Positions 1 to 12,545 of a stretch of 64,000 bases of DNA are shown one piece after another. Each line of letters opens with the position of its first letter. The first letter of the stretch is position 1. Both the position numbers and the translations under genes were made by a program. Location: positions 2,356,001 to 2,420,000 of the forward strand of contig CM039005.1 of assembly GCA_017499595.2 (NCBI GenBank), in the 5' to 3' direction. The notes beneath the pieces are model-generated. The model ran no database searches. It had not been told where the DNA came from and saw only the letters and a program-made list of their open reading frames with translations. The DNA comes from Psilocybe cubensis. Taxonomy: Eukaryota.

Positions 1-629
1 GTTTCCCGTACTTCAACCAGTGGGTTACAGCATACTTCGACCATGACGATCTCTCCAAGAAAGATCTCAATACCCTGGAATACGTTCTTCCCTCGTCTTC
101 ACGTCCTGGCTCCATCTTTAGCATGTCGAAGGCCGAGCAACAAGGAATGATTGGATCCAATGAGGAGTCTGCCGGAGATGCACCGTATATCATGGGCTTC
201 ACTCCCCAATTGAACGCAGTCTTCCGTAAAGTTTTGTTTGACCCGTCCACCAAGGCACTATTCCCAAAAATGAAGATATCTTTCCTTGCTGGCGAGAAAT
301 CGGCGGCTTTTGGCATTGCGGGTGTATGGGCGGCGCAGGAAGAAGCCACGAAAGAAGGGATCGTAAATTCCATTAATTTCAACATTGCTCCTGGTCTTAA
401 CCATTTCGTAAGTGATTTATTGAACCACCAGGCCTGCGAACTTATTGCTCGAGTATATTTATAGGCCCACTGGGATGCTCCCGAAGCCACGGTAGATTTA
501 TACCTCCAGCTAACAGATACTGCCCTTCTTAGACCAATCTATGCAAGACCTGCGAAGACCCAGCGCCGTTTTACACGGCAATTATCCAAGTTCTTTATGC
601 TGAGAAGTACTGTGACTGCGCAAAACTGA
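1..629 (+). CDS. Alpha/beta-hydrolase-fold protein, 3' portion (5' end lies outside the window)
   Basis: ORF 123-407, GT-AG intron 408-464, last exon to TGA at 627-629. The spliced C-terminus reads PGLNHF|AHWDAPE, a typical catalytic-His region of alpha/beta hydrolases. Confidence 0.6.
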
Positions 630-1004
630 ACATGAAACATACAGATCCCTGCGGATTAACAGTAGCTTTGTTTTTGCTGGTTACTTCTAGAATACGATAT
701 GGTACTTACAATAATAATGTGGCGTTGAATCAATCGAAATAGTGCATGCTGGAAATTAGATACTCCAATTTAATCACTATGCTTTAGGGTCGCTATTAAG
801 TCGTTGTGCTGACCTACGGGTTACGCCCAGATTATACATGGATTGAGTACTTAAATGTTACTATGTCAGTCGGTTAGATAAGATGAATGTCGACTATTTC
901 TATTCTCTTTGAACTTTGCTTGATCCAATCAATCTCCGCTTCATTGTCACTGCTTTACTCGCGCTGAGTGACTATATCACTGTCTAACTTCTTCCCCGAC
1001 TTCC

Positions 1005-2245
1005 ATGGCGAGAGTGCCACCAGAGCTCTTGTCACTCATATTTCAGATCCTCGAGAACGAGAAGGAGTGGAATACTTTAAAAGCATGTTCTCTTCTATCC
1101 CATGACAATCACTCTCGTGTTCTTCCACTGCTCTTCAGAACGATAACTCTCCGTTTGAGGAGCCAGCCTAGCCCCATTGTCATTCGCGATGTAGTCCGGC
1201 GCGTTGACGGACTATGCAACCTGTTCCAAAAGAGACCACATACTAGAGGATTTGTTAAAACCTTTGAACTACTTGATTCTTATCCGGTATACAATTCTCA
1301 GTGGATAACCCAACAAAAGTCTCTACCCCGACTCTTGGATATGCTTCACAGTGTTCGACAGCTCACTTTTGGATGCGAAGTGGGGTTTCTTCATTGGAAT
1401 CAATTTTCGCCAGAACTACGATGCTCTTTGCTGTTCTTATTCCTTTCACCATCTCTCAAGATGCTCAGCCTTGCCAACCTAGGATCGCTTCCTGTGTCGG
1501 CACTCAACACCTGCACTCATTATCTCTCCCTTAATAACGTACTTACATTACGTCCTGAGTCTTATCTTCCTTCTGGACACTGGATAGAAGACCCACCCGC
1601 GCATCCGAAGGCTGAGCTCAGATACCTCAGCGTTCGTACCGAGTCCACTGCCAACACCAATGCCACATGGAGTGTCATGCTAACACATGCGGATAAAATC
1701 AAGGTTATAAAATGGCGTTGCTGGGAAGGTATGTCATATTTTTATCCTGGTTGTTTTCCGTTTCATCGACATCAAAACATCTGACGGGTCTTGTAGACAC
1801 TCAAATTGTCAATGGCATGAGTTTTCCAGGAAACATTGACCTGGGCAGGCTTAATGCGTTGAAGAAGTTTTCCGTTCGCATGTCTTTTGGGAAAGTGGGA
1901 CGAGACCTGCTAGGCTTTGTGCAAGCACTCGAATCAATTACACGGCCAAGTAATATGGTTTGCCTCAACATCTCAATCCTCTTTCCGCTGCATCACAATG
2001 CACATACAGCACGCGATATTCAGACGCACGTTTTCTGGACACGCCTCGCCAATGCATTGAACCAACTCGAGTATCGTTCACTCAAAAGGTTGGACATGGA
2101 GCTTACCGTTCATGAGAGAATCCTTTTATTACAGGGAACAAGGATAAACTCAGTGACGGAATTCAGGAACCAGATGAGGAACACTCTATTTCCTTTGCTA
2201 AACTTGTCTTCATTGCATTTCAAGTTTAAAGTCAAGGCCTTTTGA
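1005..2245 (+). CDS. F-box-like / leucine-rich-repeat-like protein
   Basis: N-terminal 'VPPELLSLIFQIL...TLKACSLLS...LLFRTITL' is the agaricomycete F-box-like signature. Two ORFs are joined by intron 1729-1796. Confidence 0.7.
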
Positions 2246-2904
2246 ACCTACAACATTCTTTATCAAGAGTGGGTCTTCATCTAGTCTTCGTTATTAAACC
2301 TCTCAGTCTTCTCGACATCATATGTATGTACATACCTCATATACTCCATCACAACCACAATGTATTTTTTCTTACTGACGATAGAATGATGTAGACAATG
2401 TCCTTATAATCTGTGCAGCGGTAGGTCTATTTTAAGACGTCCCCAAGGCATAGTAGCGCTAATAGTTCAGCGTCTGCAGTGGCACATTATGCCAAACGCA
2501 ATGTGCCACACTGAGAATATTCAAGTGATGCTTGCCGTTACAAAGTGTCTTATTTGCGTATTGAGGTCGTAACTGTGGTCTGAGACGCTATCGCCAACGT
2601 CGTCGTGATAATCTGGCTTGTTATTTTTGAGTTCCGATCACTGTTGGAGCGGAGGCAAAATTTATTCCAAAACCAGGATACCCCATATCCACAGTTCGGC
2701 GCTCAATTGCCTCACCTGTGACGCAGATCCTCTTTCTCCTCACTTGTCTGGCCCGTGTGTTTTACTTCACTCCAAAGTTTTCAACGTCATCACCCACACC
2801 ACTGCCACTGCTACCCTATATAAACTGTACGGGTCATTGATTCAGGCAGCCATTCACCTTCCATCTTTGATTCGCACAACATCCAACAACTTTAACTATC
2901 AATA

Positions 2905-3212
2905 ATGGCCACCGACTGCACCTGCCAGAGAGGATGCTCGTACGTTTCACCCCTATTCCTCACCGTATCATTGCTTAAATTATCTAATTCACCAGCGCTT
3001 GCGGACCCCAAGGCACAGGCTGTGCTTGCCCAAAGGGCAAATGCGATTGCCCACAGTGTCCTAACAAAACACACACTGATAAGGTGAGTAAACTGAATTC
3101 ATTGATGATGGCGTTATTTGACGTGTCAATTACTATGCTATAGTGTTCGTGCAAAGGCAGTTCGGACTCATGCGGTTGCACCACCAGCGACAAACCGTGC
3201 ACATGTTCTTAA
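2905..3212 (+). CDS. Metallothionein-like Cys-rich peptide (63 aa, 15 Cys)
   Basis: Exons 2905-2939, 2996-3083 and 3144-3212 (GT-AG introns) give MATDCTCQRGCSACGPQGTGCACPKGKCDCPQCPNKTHTDKCSCKGSSDSCGCTTSDKPCTCS. It has CxC motifs, no aromatic residues and a TATA-like element near 2817. The ORF track does not show it. Confidence 0.85.
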
Positions 3213-3244
3213 TTGACCTATAAATTCCAACATCCTGCGGCCAC

Positions 3245-3466
3245 GCCTTAGCGCCAGGCTGCCTCTCTGTTAATTTTGTGTATTTGTATTTAGCATAGTA
3301 AACCAAGCCTTAGCGCCAGGTTGCTTCTGCCTTCACTTGTCAATCTGTATTTGTTAATTTGATTATTCTGCATAGTAAACCAAGCCTTAGCGCCAGGTTG
3401 CTTCTGCCTTCACTTTTAATCTGTATTTGTTAATTTGACAGTGACCATGCCTTTGCGCTAGGTTGC
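3245..3466 (+). repeat. Four imperfect tandem repeats (62-77 nt spacing) with core GCCTTAGCGCCAGG downstream of the metallothionein stop
   Basis: Cores start at 3245, 3307, 3384 and 3449 (last one is GCCTTTGCGCTAGG). Flanks are shared between copies 2 and 3. Confidence 0.85.
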
Positions 3467-3673
3467 TTGTGAAAACAATTTTAAACATGATTGATTGATA
3501 TTTATGTCTGAATGATTCCACAACACAGATATTCCGACTATACTGTATCGGACTTGTTTGAGTGTCTTGTATTCGCGTGTCATTGATAATTTTCTGTTGT
3601 ATTCTTAAGTTGCCATACAGCGAGAGGTTTTTTGAGCTTACTGTTGTCTTTTATATAGAATCCAATTTTCGGC

Positions 3674-4800
3674 CTACCACGCACAGTGACCACCGTCAAC
3701 GGTGAGGCTAATGTGCGAGTTCACGATTAATTAATTTGCCTTGGCGTTGACAAGCCCAGCTCAAGAGTTGAGAAACTTACTTTGAGCCAGTGCAAAACGT
3801 AGATGCATCGCTTGCCAGGAAGAGCGCGGCTCCTCGCAGTTCATCTGTCCTGCCAAGGCGACCAAGTGGGTTTTGGGAACTCCATTCCTGCGTTAAACCT
3901 GGGGTACTATCAAGAGGGTTCTTGGTCATGCTGGTATGAATTAAGGACTTCAGTGATGTGTTATTCTTCAAAAAAAAAAAAAAACGGAACCTACGCAGTG
4001 AAAATATATCCAGGACTGATAGTATTGACGCGGATATTATTTTCCCCAAGTTCACACGCCATGGATCTCCCCATCTGAAGCACCGAAGCCTTACTGATGT
4101 TATAGGCAACGGTTTTAACCCTCTGTTTTCATTCCAGGTAAATGCCCAAGAACCCAACAGAAGAATCTGTATACTTACTGGAAGAGCAACACTTCCACAT
4201 ATACTACTCGTCAATATGATGCTACCAGCTATTTGACGTTTTACCATTTCCCGAGCAGCAGCCTGAGCAGTGTAGAAGGCGCCATTGACATTGACATCGA
4301 GTACCTGTCCTTGGAAAATTGACCTGGCGAGAAACAACCTCTAAATTAAATCAAACCTTCTGGAAATCTTCCTCTGGGTACTCCAATATTCCGGTGAACC
4401 CCGCAATTCCAGCATTTGCGAAACAAATGTCTAACCTTCCCTCCTGTGAAGCAATTTTGTCTACCAGAGTCCACATCTCCTTCTGGTTTGTAACATCGCA
4501 TGGCATATATTCAAGCCTCCCTTTCTTGATTTTGCCTTCCGAGACTAGATCACCCAGCTCAGAGGCGAATTTCTGGACTTTGAGCCACTCTTCGTTGGGC
4601 TCGTTGGACAAGTCGAGGCAGTACACGATGGCCCCAACTTCTACAAGGGCAAGTGCTATTTCGAGTCCAATACCACGGTGCCCACCAGTGACAATGGCAA
4701 CTTTTCCGAGCAGAGAGAACAGATTCAGAGCAGTACGAACTGGTGGGGCCTCAGTGGCGAGAGCAGCAGCGACGCCTAAAGGGTGGGAAGAGTCTGACAT
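3674..4800 (-). CDS. Short-chain dehydrogenase/reductase (sorbose reductase / D-arabinitol dehydrogenase-like), copy 1
   Basis: VAIVTGGHRGIG cofactor motif, NAG motif, NPLGRLG...LRGAALFLASDASTFCTGS and a final VDGGHCAW* exon. Multi-exon. Confidence 0.85.
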
Positions 4801-5796
4801 CTTCCCTTATGTGCAAGTGGATAAAGCGTGAACGCATGGCTGAGACGAACTGATTATATAGGTTGGTTCGATTGGTGTGAATGTTCGCAGGGGCACAGGA
4901 TTGACGTTGTGTTTTTGTTTTCGATGATTTGGAAGTACAGACCAGAATAGAAATCGTGGAGACTGTAGGTATTTTCGCATCGTTATGTCGTTAATGCTTA
5001 TAATTGGGCCAAGGACTCGGGCACCGTACTATGCTAGAAGAGAACAGAAGTTTAATAATATGATAAGTAGTCTGCTGTAGTGGTATCGCCTTTTCACAAG
5101 TTGGGAAGACATGGAAGTTTCGATATAATGTCATGCAGCCGAGTCAGCCCCACACTGAGGCAAAATGGATAGCATTTCGGGCGCTTTTCGATAACTGGAG
5201 AGCTTCAGAATAGAGAATTACACAGGATGGTGTCATGAGGAATATGGGCAACCTATTGAGAGTGTGAAAGACGCGCTCCCATCTGAGCTGCAGCTCATAT
5301 CCAAAAAACTTCACCGATCATCATCGGCACATCCGGCAAGATGTTGAAAGATCCCACGGCTCACGGGGAGCCAATCAGCATCAAGGTGTCACGTAAGCAG
5401 TGACACGACGATCAAAACCAATTGCTGACCAATTCATTCTGAGTCAGAGACATCAGTCAGGCTCAGAACTCAATCAAGTACTCGGGCTTCAGTTTGCACA
5501 ATCGAAGGCCTGCGGCCTCAGAGGTTGACAAAAAGCATTATTTCTAGTTAGATAAGAGACATCTTTAAAGCGGAAGCCCAAAGTGCCAACAAAGTGCTTG
5601 ACACTCCAAATCGTAGAGCAGTCGCCGTGAAGGTTTTCGAAAGTTGTGGTCAGTTGGGATAAATGAAAATGTCCACTCGTGGTAATAGTCTTACTTCTGT
5701 GCAAACCGTCAGATATAAAGCGCTGTCGTTGAAGAAAATTGTCCATTTAAGTGTCTATTCTACGGAATTCTCGACATTATCTGGCGGACTTGTCTA

Positions 5797-6931
5797 CTAC
5801 CATGCGCAGTGCCCACCATCGATAATCAGGCTGACAATTCATCAGTACTTCTGAAGGAAAGCAGATATACTTAAAAGCACTCACTCTGACCCGGTACAGA
5901 AGGTTGAAGCATCGCTGGCTAGGAAAAGAGCCACTCCTCGAAGTTCATCAGGTGAACCGAGACGACCGAGAGGGTTATGAGAGCTCCACTCTTTCAAAAG
6001 TTGAGGCTTATCATCAAGGAAGGCCTTCGTCATGCTATAATGTGCCGTGTTGGCATATAGTACTACAGAGAAGAAGAGGAGGAGGAGCAAACGCACTCGG
6101 TGTATATATAACCTGGACTGATGGTGTTGACGCGAATTTTCTTCGACCCCAGTTCACAAGCCAATGAACGCGCCATCTGGACAACTGCTGCCTTGCTAGT
6201 ATTATAAGCTGTCCAGTGCATTCCCTGCGTCACCAATTATAAGTAAATGAAACTTAAAAATGGAAACAACAACTCTTAATCATCAATACCATACCTTGTT
6301 CGCAACGCTTGCGCTGATACTACCAGTCAAGATAATACTCCCAGCCATGTCTCGTTTCACCATCTGCCGACCAGCAGCTTGTGCGGTGTACAAGACGCCA
6401 TTGATGTTGACATCCAGAATCTGCCCACAGTTTAGTAATGTGGATCTTCACCAAGTGATGAGCAAACTGAAAACATACCTTCTGGAAATCTGCAGCAGGA
6501 TAATCTAGAGCCTCTGCACCCGACAGCATACCAGCGTTAGCGAAGCAGATATCTATCCTACCCTCCTTATCCGCAATCATTTCAACCAAATCCCACGTCT
6601 CCTTTTGTTTCGTCACGTCGCAGGACATATATTCGAGCCTGCCCTTCTGAACTTCACCTTGGGCTACGAGGTTGGGAAGCCCAGCAGCAAAGTTCTTGAC
6701 TTTGAGCCAGTCCTGGTCGGGCTGGGGTGCCAGGTCGAGGCAGTAGACAACGGCTCCGGCTTCTGTGAGAGCGAGTGCAATTTCGAGACCGATACCTCGG
6801 TGACCTCCTGTGACTATCGCGACGCGTCCAAGAAGGTTGAAGATGGACATCGCTGAGCGGACAGGAGAACCGTTGGCAAGGGCAAAGGCAACACCAGAAG
6901 GTGCAGCTGATGCAGAAGATGTGTTGGCCAT
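5797..6931 (-). CDS. Short-chain dehydrogenase/reductase, tandem paralog (copy 2)
   Basis: Same motifs (TGGHRGIG, NAG, YNTSK catalytic YxxxK, IDGGHCAW*) and a similar intron layout to copy 1. Confidence 0.85.
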
Positions 6932-7494
6932 TATTATGTTACTAGAAAGGATTTGGAAGCGGTCTAATGATCCACAGGCGTCAGAGAACTTCACCTCTTT
7001 ATAGAATTTTGTTAGGCTGAAACGAAGTAAGAGGTCTCAGGCTTCGGAACTTGAGGTTCGAGTGAAAACACTTTCAAAACGAGCCTGAGGAAACATGAAC
7101 TGAGACTTGATCAGCATGTGCCAAAAGCAGCGACCGCTATCCCTCGATATTGATACAAACTTCGCGTAAGTCCTGCACCAGAGCTATTCTTCGGCATAGT
7201 GGAAAAAATTGACTTTGAAAGAAGCTTTCTTTAGAAGGTCAAAGAGGGATGTGAACAGACCATCGCGCCAAGATCCAGGTTTGTAAAACCGTGCATTATA
7301 TCATGTTGTCTCGGAGAATATATCAGCGTCAGAGCTGGCGAGCAAGTGTACTGTACATGTAAGAGAGAGCGTTGGTATTCTCAAATCAACCTCGAATTAA
7401 TAAATCCTTCCCATCCGAAAGCTCTCGGTAGTATCCTGAACTAGAATAGTGAGGAAACAGTCTCAATAATAGGTTCTTGTTACTCACAGAGGAA

Positions 7495-8182
7495 TCACCA
7501 TGGCTTCTCAGGCACAACTTCCTCCAACTCTCTCAAACCTCTGGTCTTGAACCTGGCACCCGGTTGTCGGTCCGTTGCTGACACAAGGGCATTCACCTCT
7601 TCTATAGTAGGGGGGGTTTCGGGCATCATTTCCAGCTTTCTCTGGGCCTTCATCCATAGTGGTTGGGTTTTGAGGGGTTGAATAGGTGCTGAAGGATTCA
7701 TCTCTGCATACGTGTGTTCTCTAGCAACGCGCAAGAAATGCCGGGGCGATAGACCCCCAGTGGTCCGGAATTTGCTGAAGATAGCCATCTCCTGATTTTC
7801 GTTGAGCCTTGTTCCGAGAGCAACATACGGTTTTAGCTACCGAAATGAAGAGGTTTTTTGAGCAGTTGTTGGATCGTTACTGGAAAGCAATGAACGTACA
7901 ACGCTGTTCTCTATCTCCTCCAGAGGAGGTGCGACGTAGACCCTGACTTTCTCGTCCACGAGGCGGTATTTCGCCTTTCCACCAATAACATGTTTACCAG
8001 GCGCACCGGTTCTTCGTCCACCGGGAAGAAACGCTTGCCTGGTTCCTGTGTCAAGACGGTCAAAATAAATAACCTAGCAGATAGAATTGTAAGTACACAC
8101 CCTTGTAAAAGTCTTTGTTTCCCCTCTTTGGTGTCAGAGGCGCCCTAGAGGCCTTGGACAGCCTGGCCACCGTCGCGAACAT
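7495..8182 (-). CDS. MRPL27: Mitochondrial large-subunit ribosomal protein mL41 (L27)
   Basis: Spliced N-terminus MFATVARLSKASRAPLTPKRGNKDFYKG-TRQAFLPGGRRTGAPGKH...YRLVDEKVRVYVAP...LKPYV matches the mL41 family. The 3' end is less certain. Confidence 0.8.
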
Positions 8183-8389
8183 GTTGGTCGAATGAGTTTG
8201 TGCGCCGACCACGAAATGATGGCAAAATTACTGAACCGTTCATTATATTCCCACGATTCCTTTCCCTTTGAATCTAATCGCTTTCAAACCATGGTTGTTG
8301 TGTCTCTTTGTTTTATCCTCACAAAGACTCTGCTGGACGGTCTATAAAGACAGGTTCGATATCTAGAAGGGGATACTACACCGCAAGAA

Positions 8390-9715
8390 ATGGGCAAAAA
8401 GAATTCATCTAGTGGGCCTGTGGCAGGCTCCTCAAATCGCGGTCACAGACATCCCAGGGGCTCTGGCCGTCCTGCAGGAAGAGGATTTACTGGGCACAAA
8501 GGACGCGGACGGGACTATGCAGGTGCAGGCTCAGTGGATATACCTGGAGTCTCAGATCGCCCTGAGAGTGCAGTTGACGACGTTGAAGACGGCTCCGAAG
8601 AAGAATCGGGCGATGGTGTGTAATTGTGCACTTTCGATTAGAAAGAATTCCCTGACATGGTATTTACGGATTAGACGAAGAGGAATTGGATGTTAAAATT
8701 GAAGTTCCCGTCGCCATGTGGGTAAGTACCTCTGCAGTTTTATCTTCCACATCTAACTGTCACTGCACAACAGGATTTTGACCATTGTGATCCTCGTCGT
8801 TGCTCCGGCAAGAAATTGTCGCGACTTGGGCTCATTAAAGAATTGCGAGTAGGTTCTCGGTTCAGGGGTATTGTAGTGTCGTGAGTATTGCTGTAGCTTC
8901 ATCAACCACATCACATCTCTTACTGTCAGTCTGCAGACCAAAGGGTCAGCAAATCATAAATCCTTCTGATCGCGAGATTGTTCTCTCGGGAGGTTTGGCT
9001 GTTGTGGAATGCTCTTGGGCACGCCTCGACGACGTTCCCTTCAACAAAATTGCTAGTCCTCACGAACGCCTGCGTATGTCATTGCTCCTCCTTTTTCCTC
9101 TTTCAACTGCTAAGCAAACCAAAACGATCTAGTTCCATATCTCATTGCGACAAACCCTACCAATTACGGCAAACCTTGGAGGTTGAACTGCGTTGAAGCA
9201 CTTGCAGCCGCCTTTTACATCACAGGCTTTGATACATATGCTGAGAAACTGCTCAGTTCATTTGGTTGGGGGGGATCATTTTACGATGTGAATCGGTAAG
9301 GCATGAGACCGTATGCTTCAACACAAATATCCTTATCTCTCGCTTTCCTTTTCAATATTTAGATCCTTTTTCGAAAAATACAGAAAATGCACATCATCAG
9401 ATGACATCCAAACGACGCAGGACAAGATAATTGAAGAGCTTGAGAAAAGCTGGAACGAATCGCGAAAAAATAAAGGTTTGCATCAATCGTTTCATTACTG
9501 TCTCGGGATGTCTACGGGCTTCTTTGTTTACGTCTCTTTGTTGTATTTGTACAGAAGGCGCACGCGGGCTGGAATCAGAAGATCTCCTCGTGGCCAACCC
9601 TAATCATGGCATCGTACTGAGTGATGATTCTGGTGGAGAAGAGGAAACAGTCGAAGATTTTAATGATCGAATCGGTCACTCCCCACCCACAGGACAAGAT
9701 AATCGAAGAGCTTGA
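8390..9715 (+). CDS. TSR3: 18S rRNA aminocarboxypropyltransferase Tsr3
   Basis: Spliced motifs [57 protein letters not shown] and FGWG. Confidence 0.92.
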
Positions 9716-9955
9716 GAAAAGCTGGAACGAATCACGAAAAAAAAAGGTTTGTGTCCATCGTCTTCTCAATATTTGGGAATGTCTATTGGAGCTTCTTTGT
9801 CCATATCTTCTTTGATATGCAGAAGGCGTACGCGGGCTGGAGTCAGACGATCTCGTTGCCAACCCTAATCATGGTATCGTATTGACTGGTGAATCTGGCG
9901 GAGAATAGGAGGAAGCCGAACATTTTGCTGATGATCTGATGGGTCACCCACTTCT
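9418..9955 (+). repeat. Direct tandem duplication (~272-bp period) of the TSR3 3' end including its last intron
   Basis: CAGGACAAGATAAT(T/C)GAAGAGCTTGAGAAAAGCTGGAACGAATC starts at both 9418 and 9690. The downstream intron and exon are also repeated with divergence. Confidence 0.9.
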
Positions 9956-11082
9956 TCCTGAATCCAATTTAGAACCAGAATCGGAGGTAGCAGGGAAGGT
10001 AAACAAAGTTGGGCATCTCGAAGAGCTAACTACATGTAACATTATCGAAAATTCAGGGAAATGAACATTTTTGTTCATTGTTCATCTGGACCAATGATAT
10101 AGAACTGGTTCTCTCCTTTACAGCTTTTCCATAACCAGTACTGAACTTGAAAAATTCCACTTCCATCGTTATCAAGTTATGACTCACTTACCATGTCCTC
10201 TTCCCTCATGCCAAGCTATCGCTATCTAGGCTTCAATAATAGAAATACTACGGTTTACCCGTTATGCCCGTGCTCTTCCTCATACCTTGATCTAATCCGA
10301 AGTTGGTGGGTGGCAAGTATTTGATTCGGGAGTGTGGTTTACGGTAACCAATCACTCAAGGTCTCTATTTGTGGATTATTGATTTTTAGGCTCAAACGAT
10401 GTTACAGTTCCACATTAGATCCTAATGATAAACAAATTGTTGGACATGACAATTTCCTCTGAATCAGACGCGCACCGTATGTCTAAATGGTAAGTATCCT
10501 CTATGAATTTGTGTTTCAGCTCGAAAGGCTTATCTCGTAGTTCTCAAATCATATACATGAATCGCTCGTAAAATTTCAATAAATCAATGATGTATATCCT
10601 TAGCCATATTTGTTTTCTTGTGATTCTATAGCAGCGTTGTTGGATATTTTGCGCAACTGCCACCATGGATCCATGTTGGGTATAATTGGTGTAGGTGTCT
10701 ATCTGCTGTCATGAATTTGTCATACCCGTATAGAAAATCTATCATATAGCTTGACATGCAATTTCATCTCGCAGCATTGGCAGAATGATGCGCCGTGATC
10801 TCAACACAATTAATCCACCATTCAACACAACGGAAGTGTGGGATTCGTGGCTCTGACGACCTGTTCCCAACAATGTACCCTTCGACGCCCAACTCATCAT
10901 GTGGAAAGTACCAGTTCATCTTGGCGTGTGGCTTTTGCGTTGACCTTCTTCAAGAAGTCAGACCTCCCGTATACCTGGAACCCTAATTCCTTATTATAAT
11001 ACTATTGATATGGTGATAAAAGCCCGGCGCTGGCTTGAATTCCATCAGGCCCCAGTGGTGTTCTCGAATCCGTGCCAACATC

Positions 11083-12545
11083 ATGTCTTTACCAGCTCCT
11101 CAGGCAGAACTGCTTGGAACTATCCTAGCCTCTTTGATTTACGGTGAGATAAGATACCAATCAAGGATATATTATCGTGCCAATTTTTCTTCGTTGACTT
11201 CTCTTTCACCAGGAGCTTATATGACATTTTTTGTCGAACACATGAGGATTATTTACAGCAGAAGATCCTGGTCTGCCTCATTTATCTATCTCTATGGGAC
11301 GAGCATTCTGCTCTTCATTTTGGTCACAGCGGTATGAGTGCATACATTGACAAGTAGTACTCCCGGCACGATTCAAATTTCTTTCAGACTATGGTTACCT
11401 CAATAATATTGACAATGCGAGGGTCATTCGCGGGCAACGTATCTCCAGGCTCAATCGTGTTCTTTGAGACGCACACTGCTTTTGTCAGTACTACGATATA
11501 TACTGCCGTAACGCTAGTCTGTGATCTGTTTTTGGTAAGTGCTTGGCTCAATGAGGAAGTATCTCCAGGTACGGCTAAGCTCTCGAAGCTTTACAGGTGT
11601 TTTGTTGTATGGGAGCATAGATATGTTGTTGTTCTACTTCCTTTTATTTTATTCCTCGGGAACATAGGTCAGTCATTTTTCTATACCCTTGAAAACCTAT
11701 AATTCTGAATCGCTTCGAAATGCCTTTTTCGTTACTAGTCTTATTTTGTGCGAATGCGATAGCTCCAAAACTGCACCTGGCAGGGCCATTCATCCTCTTG
11801 ACGCTGGCCGAAAACTTCATCTGCACGAGTGAGTCTCGTACATTTTTTGGTTTTCATTATTTCTCAACGCCTACTATTTGAAAGGCTGTATTATCTACAG
11901 GATCGTATCCATTCAGATAGGCTTCCCCGCACGCGCTAATCAGCAGCGCATGTTTACTCGAGTTGTGGTGATTCTTATTGAATCAGGTAAGGGTTGTCCG
12001 CTTCTTGGTATAGTAAAATTTCCATCTGAAAACCTATTGCTATAAAGCTGCAGTATACTGCGTAGGCGAGATAACAATAGCAACTTGCATTTATCGTCAT
12101 TCAACCCTTACACAATTATTTTCCAATATTGTTGAGTCACTTTTTGCTGTAGCAGTCACTGATACTTCATGCCTTTTTGTTGATCAGATGTCACCCGTCT
12201 TGGTTAGTCTTGAAATCCTTCAAATAATCGGAGAGCCTTCCACTAATTGTTCTACAAATACAGGGTCTCAATGTGAGTTGTTGCTGAACGTCGTTCGGAA
12301 TGGAGAATAATCAATGCTGACGTTGTGTCTAGTTCTCTGCGATAATTGTAAGGACCGGAGAGTTAAGCAAGACATCAAACCCTTCAGTATGTACAAGCTA
12401 CGAATTCGACCTTCGCAAAGAAAATGCATCAAACACGGCCGTACAAAGTGCGCGTATCAAATCCTGCGATCACACCCAACTAGATTCCATTTCGACACAT
12501 CCCAAGTATGCGAGGGCAGGGGAATTGAACAACTTGGAAGTATAA
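11083..12545 (+). CDS. Multi-pass (7TM-like) membrane protein of a family expanded in Agaricomycetes
   Basis: Many short exons with hydrophobic segments and the motifs 'CDLFL-LYRCFVVW', 'NFICT...IIYRI' and 'VILIES-AAVY'. 3' exon boundaries are uncertain. Confidence 0.6.

Noticed and set aside
3245-3466. CRISPR-like repeat-spacer pattern
   Set aside because: Eukaryotic context, spacers are related to one another rather than unique, and there are no cas genes.
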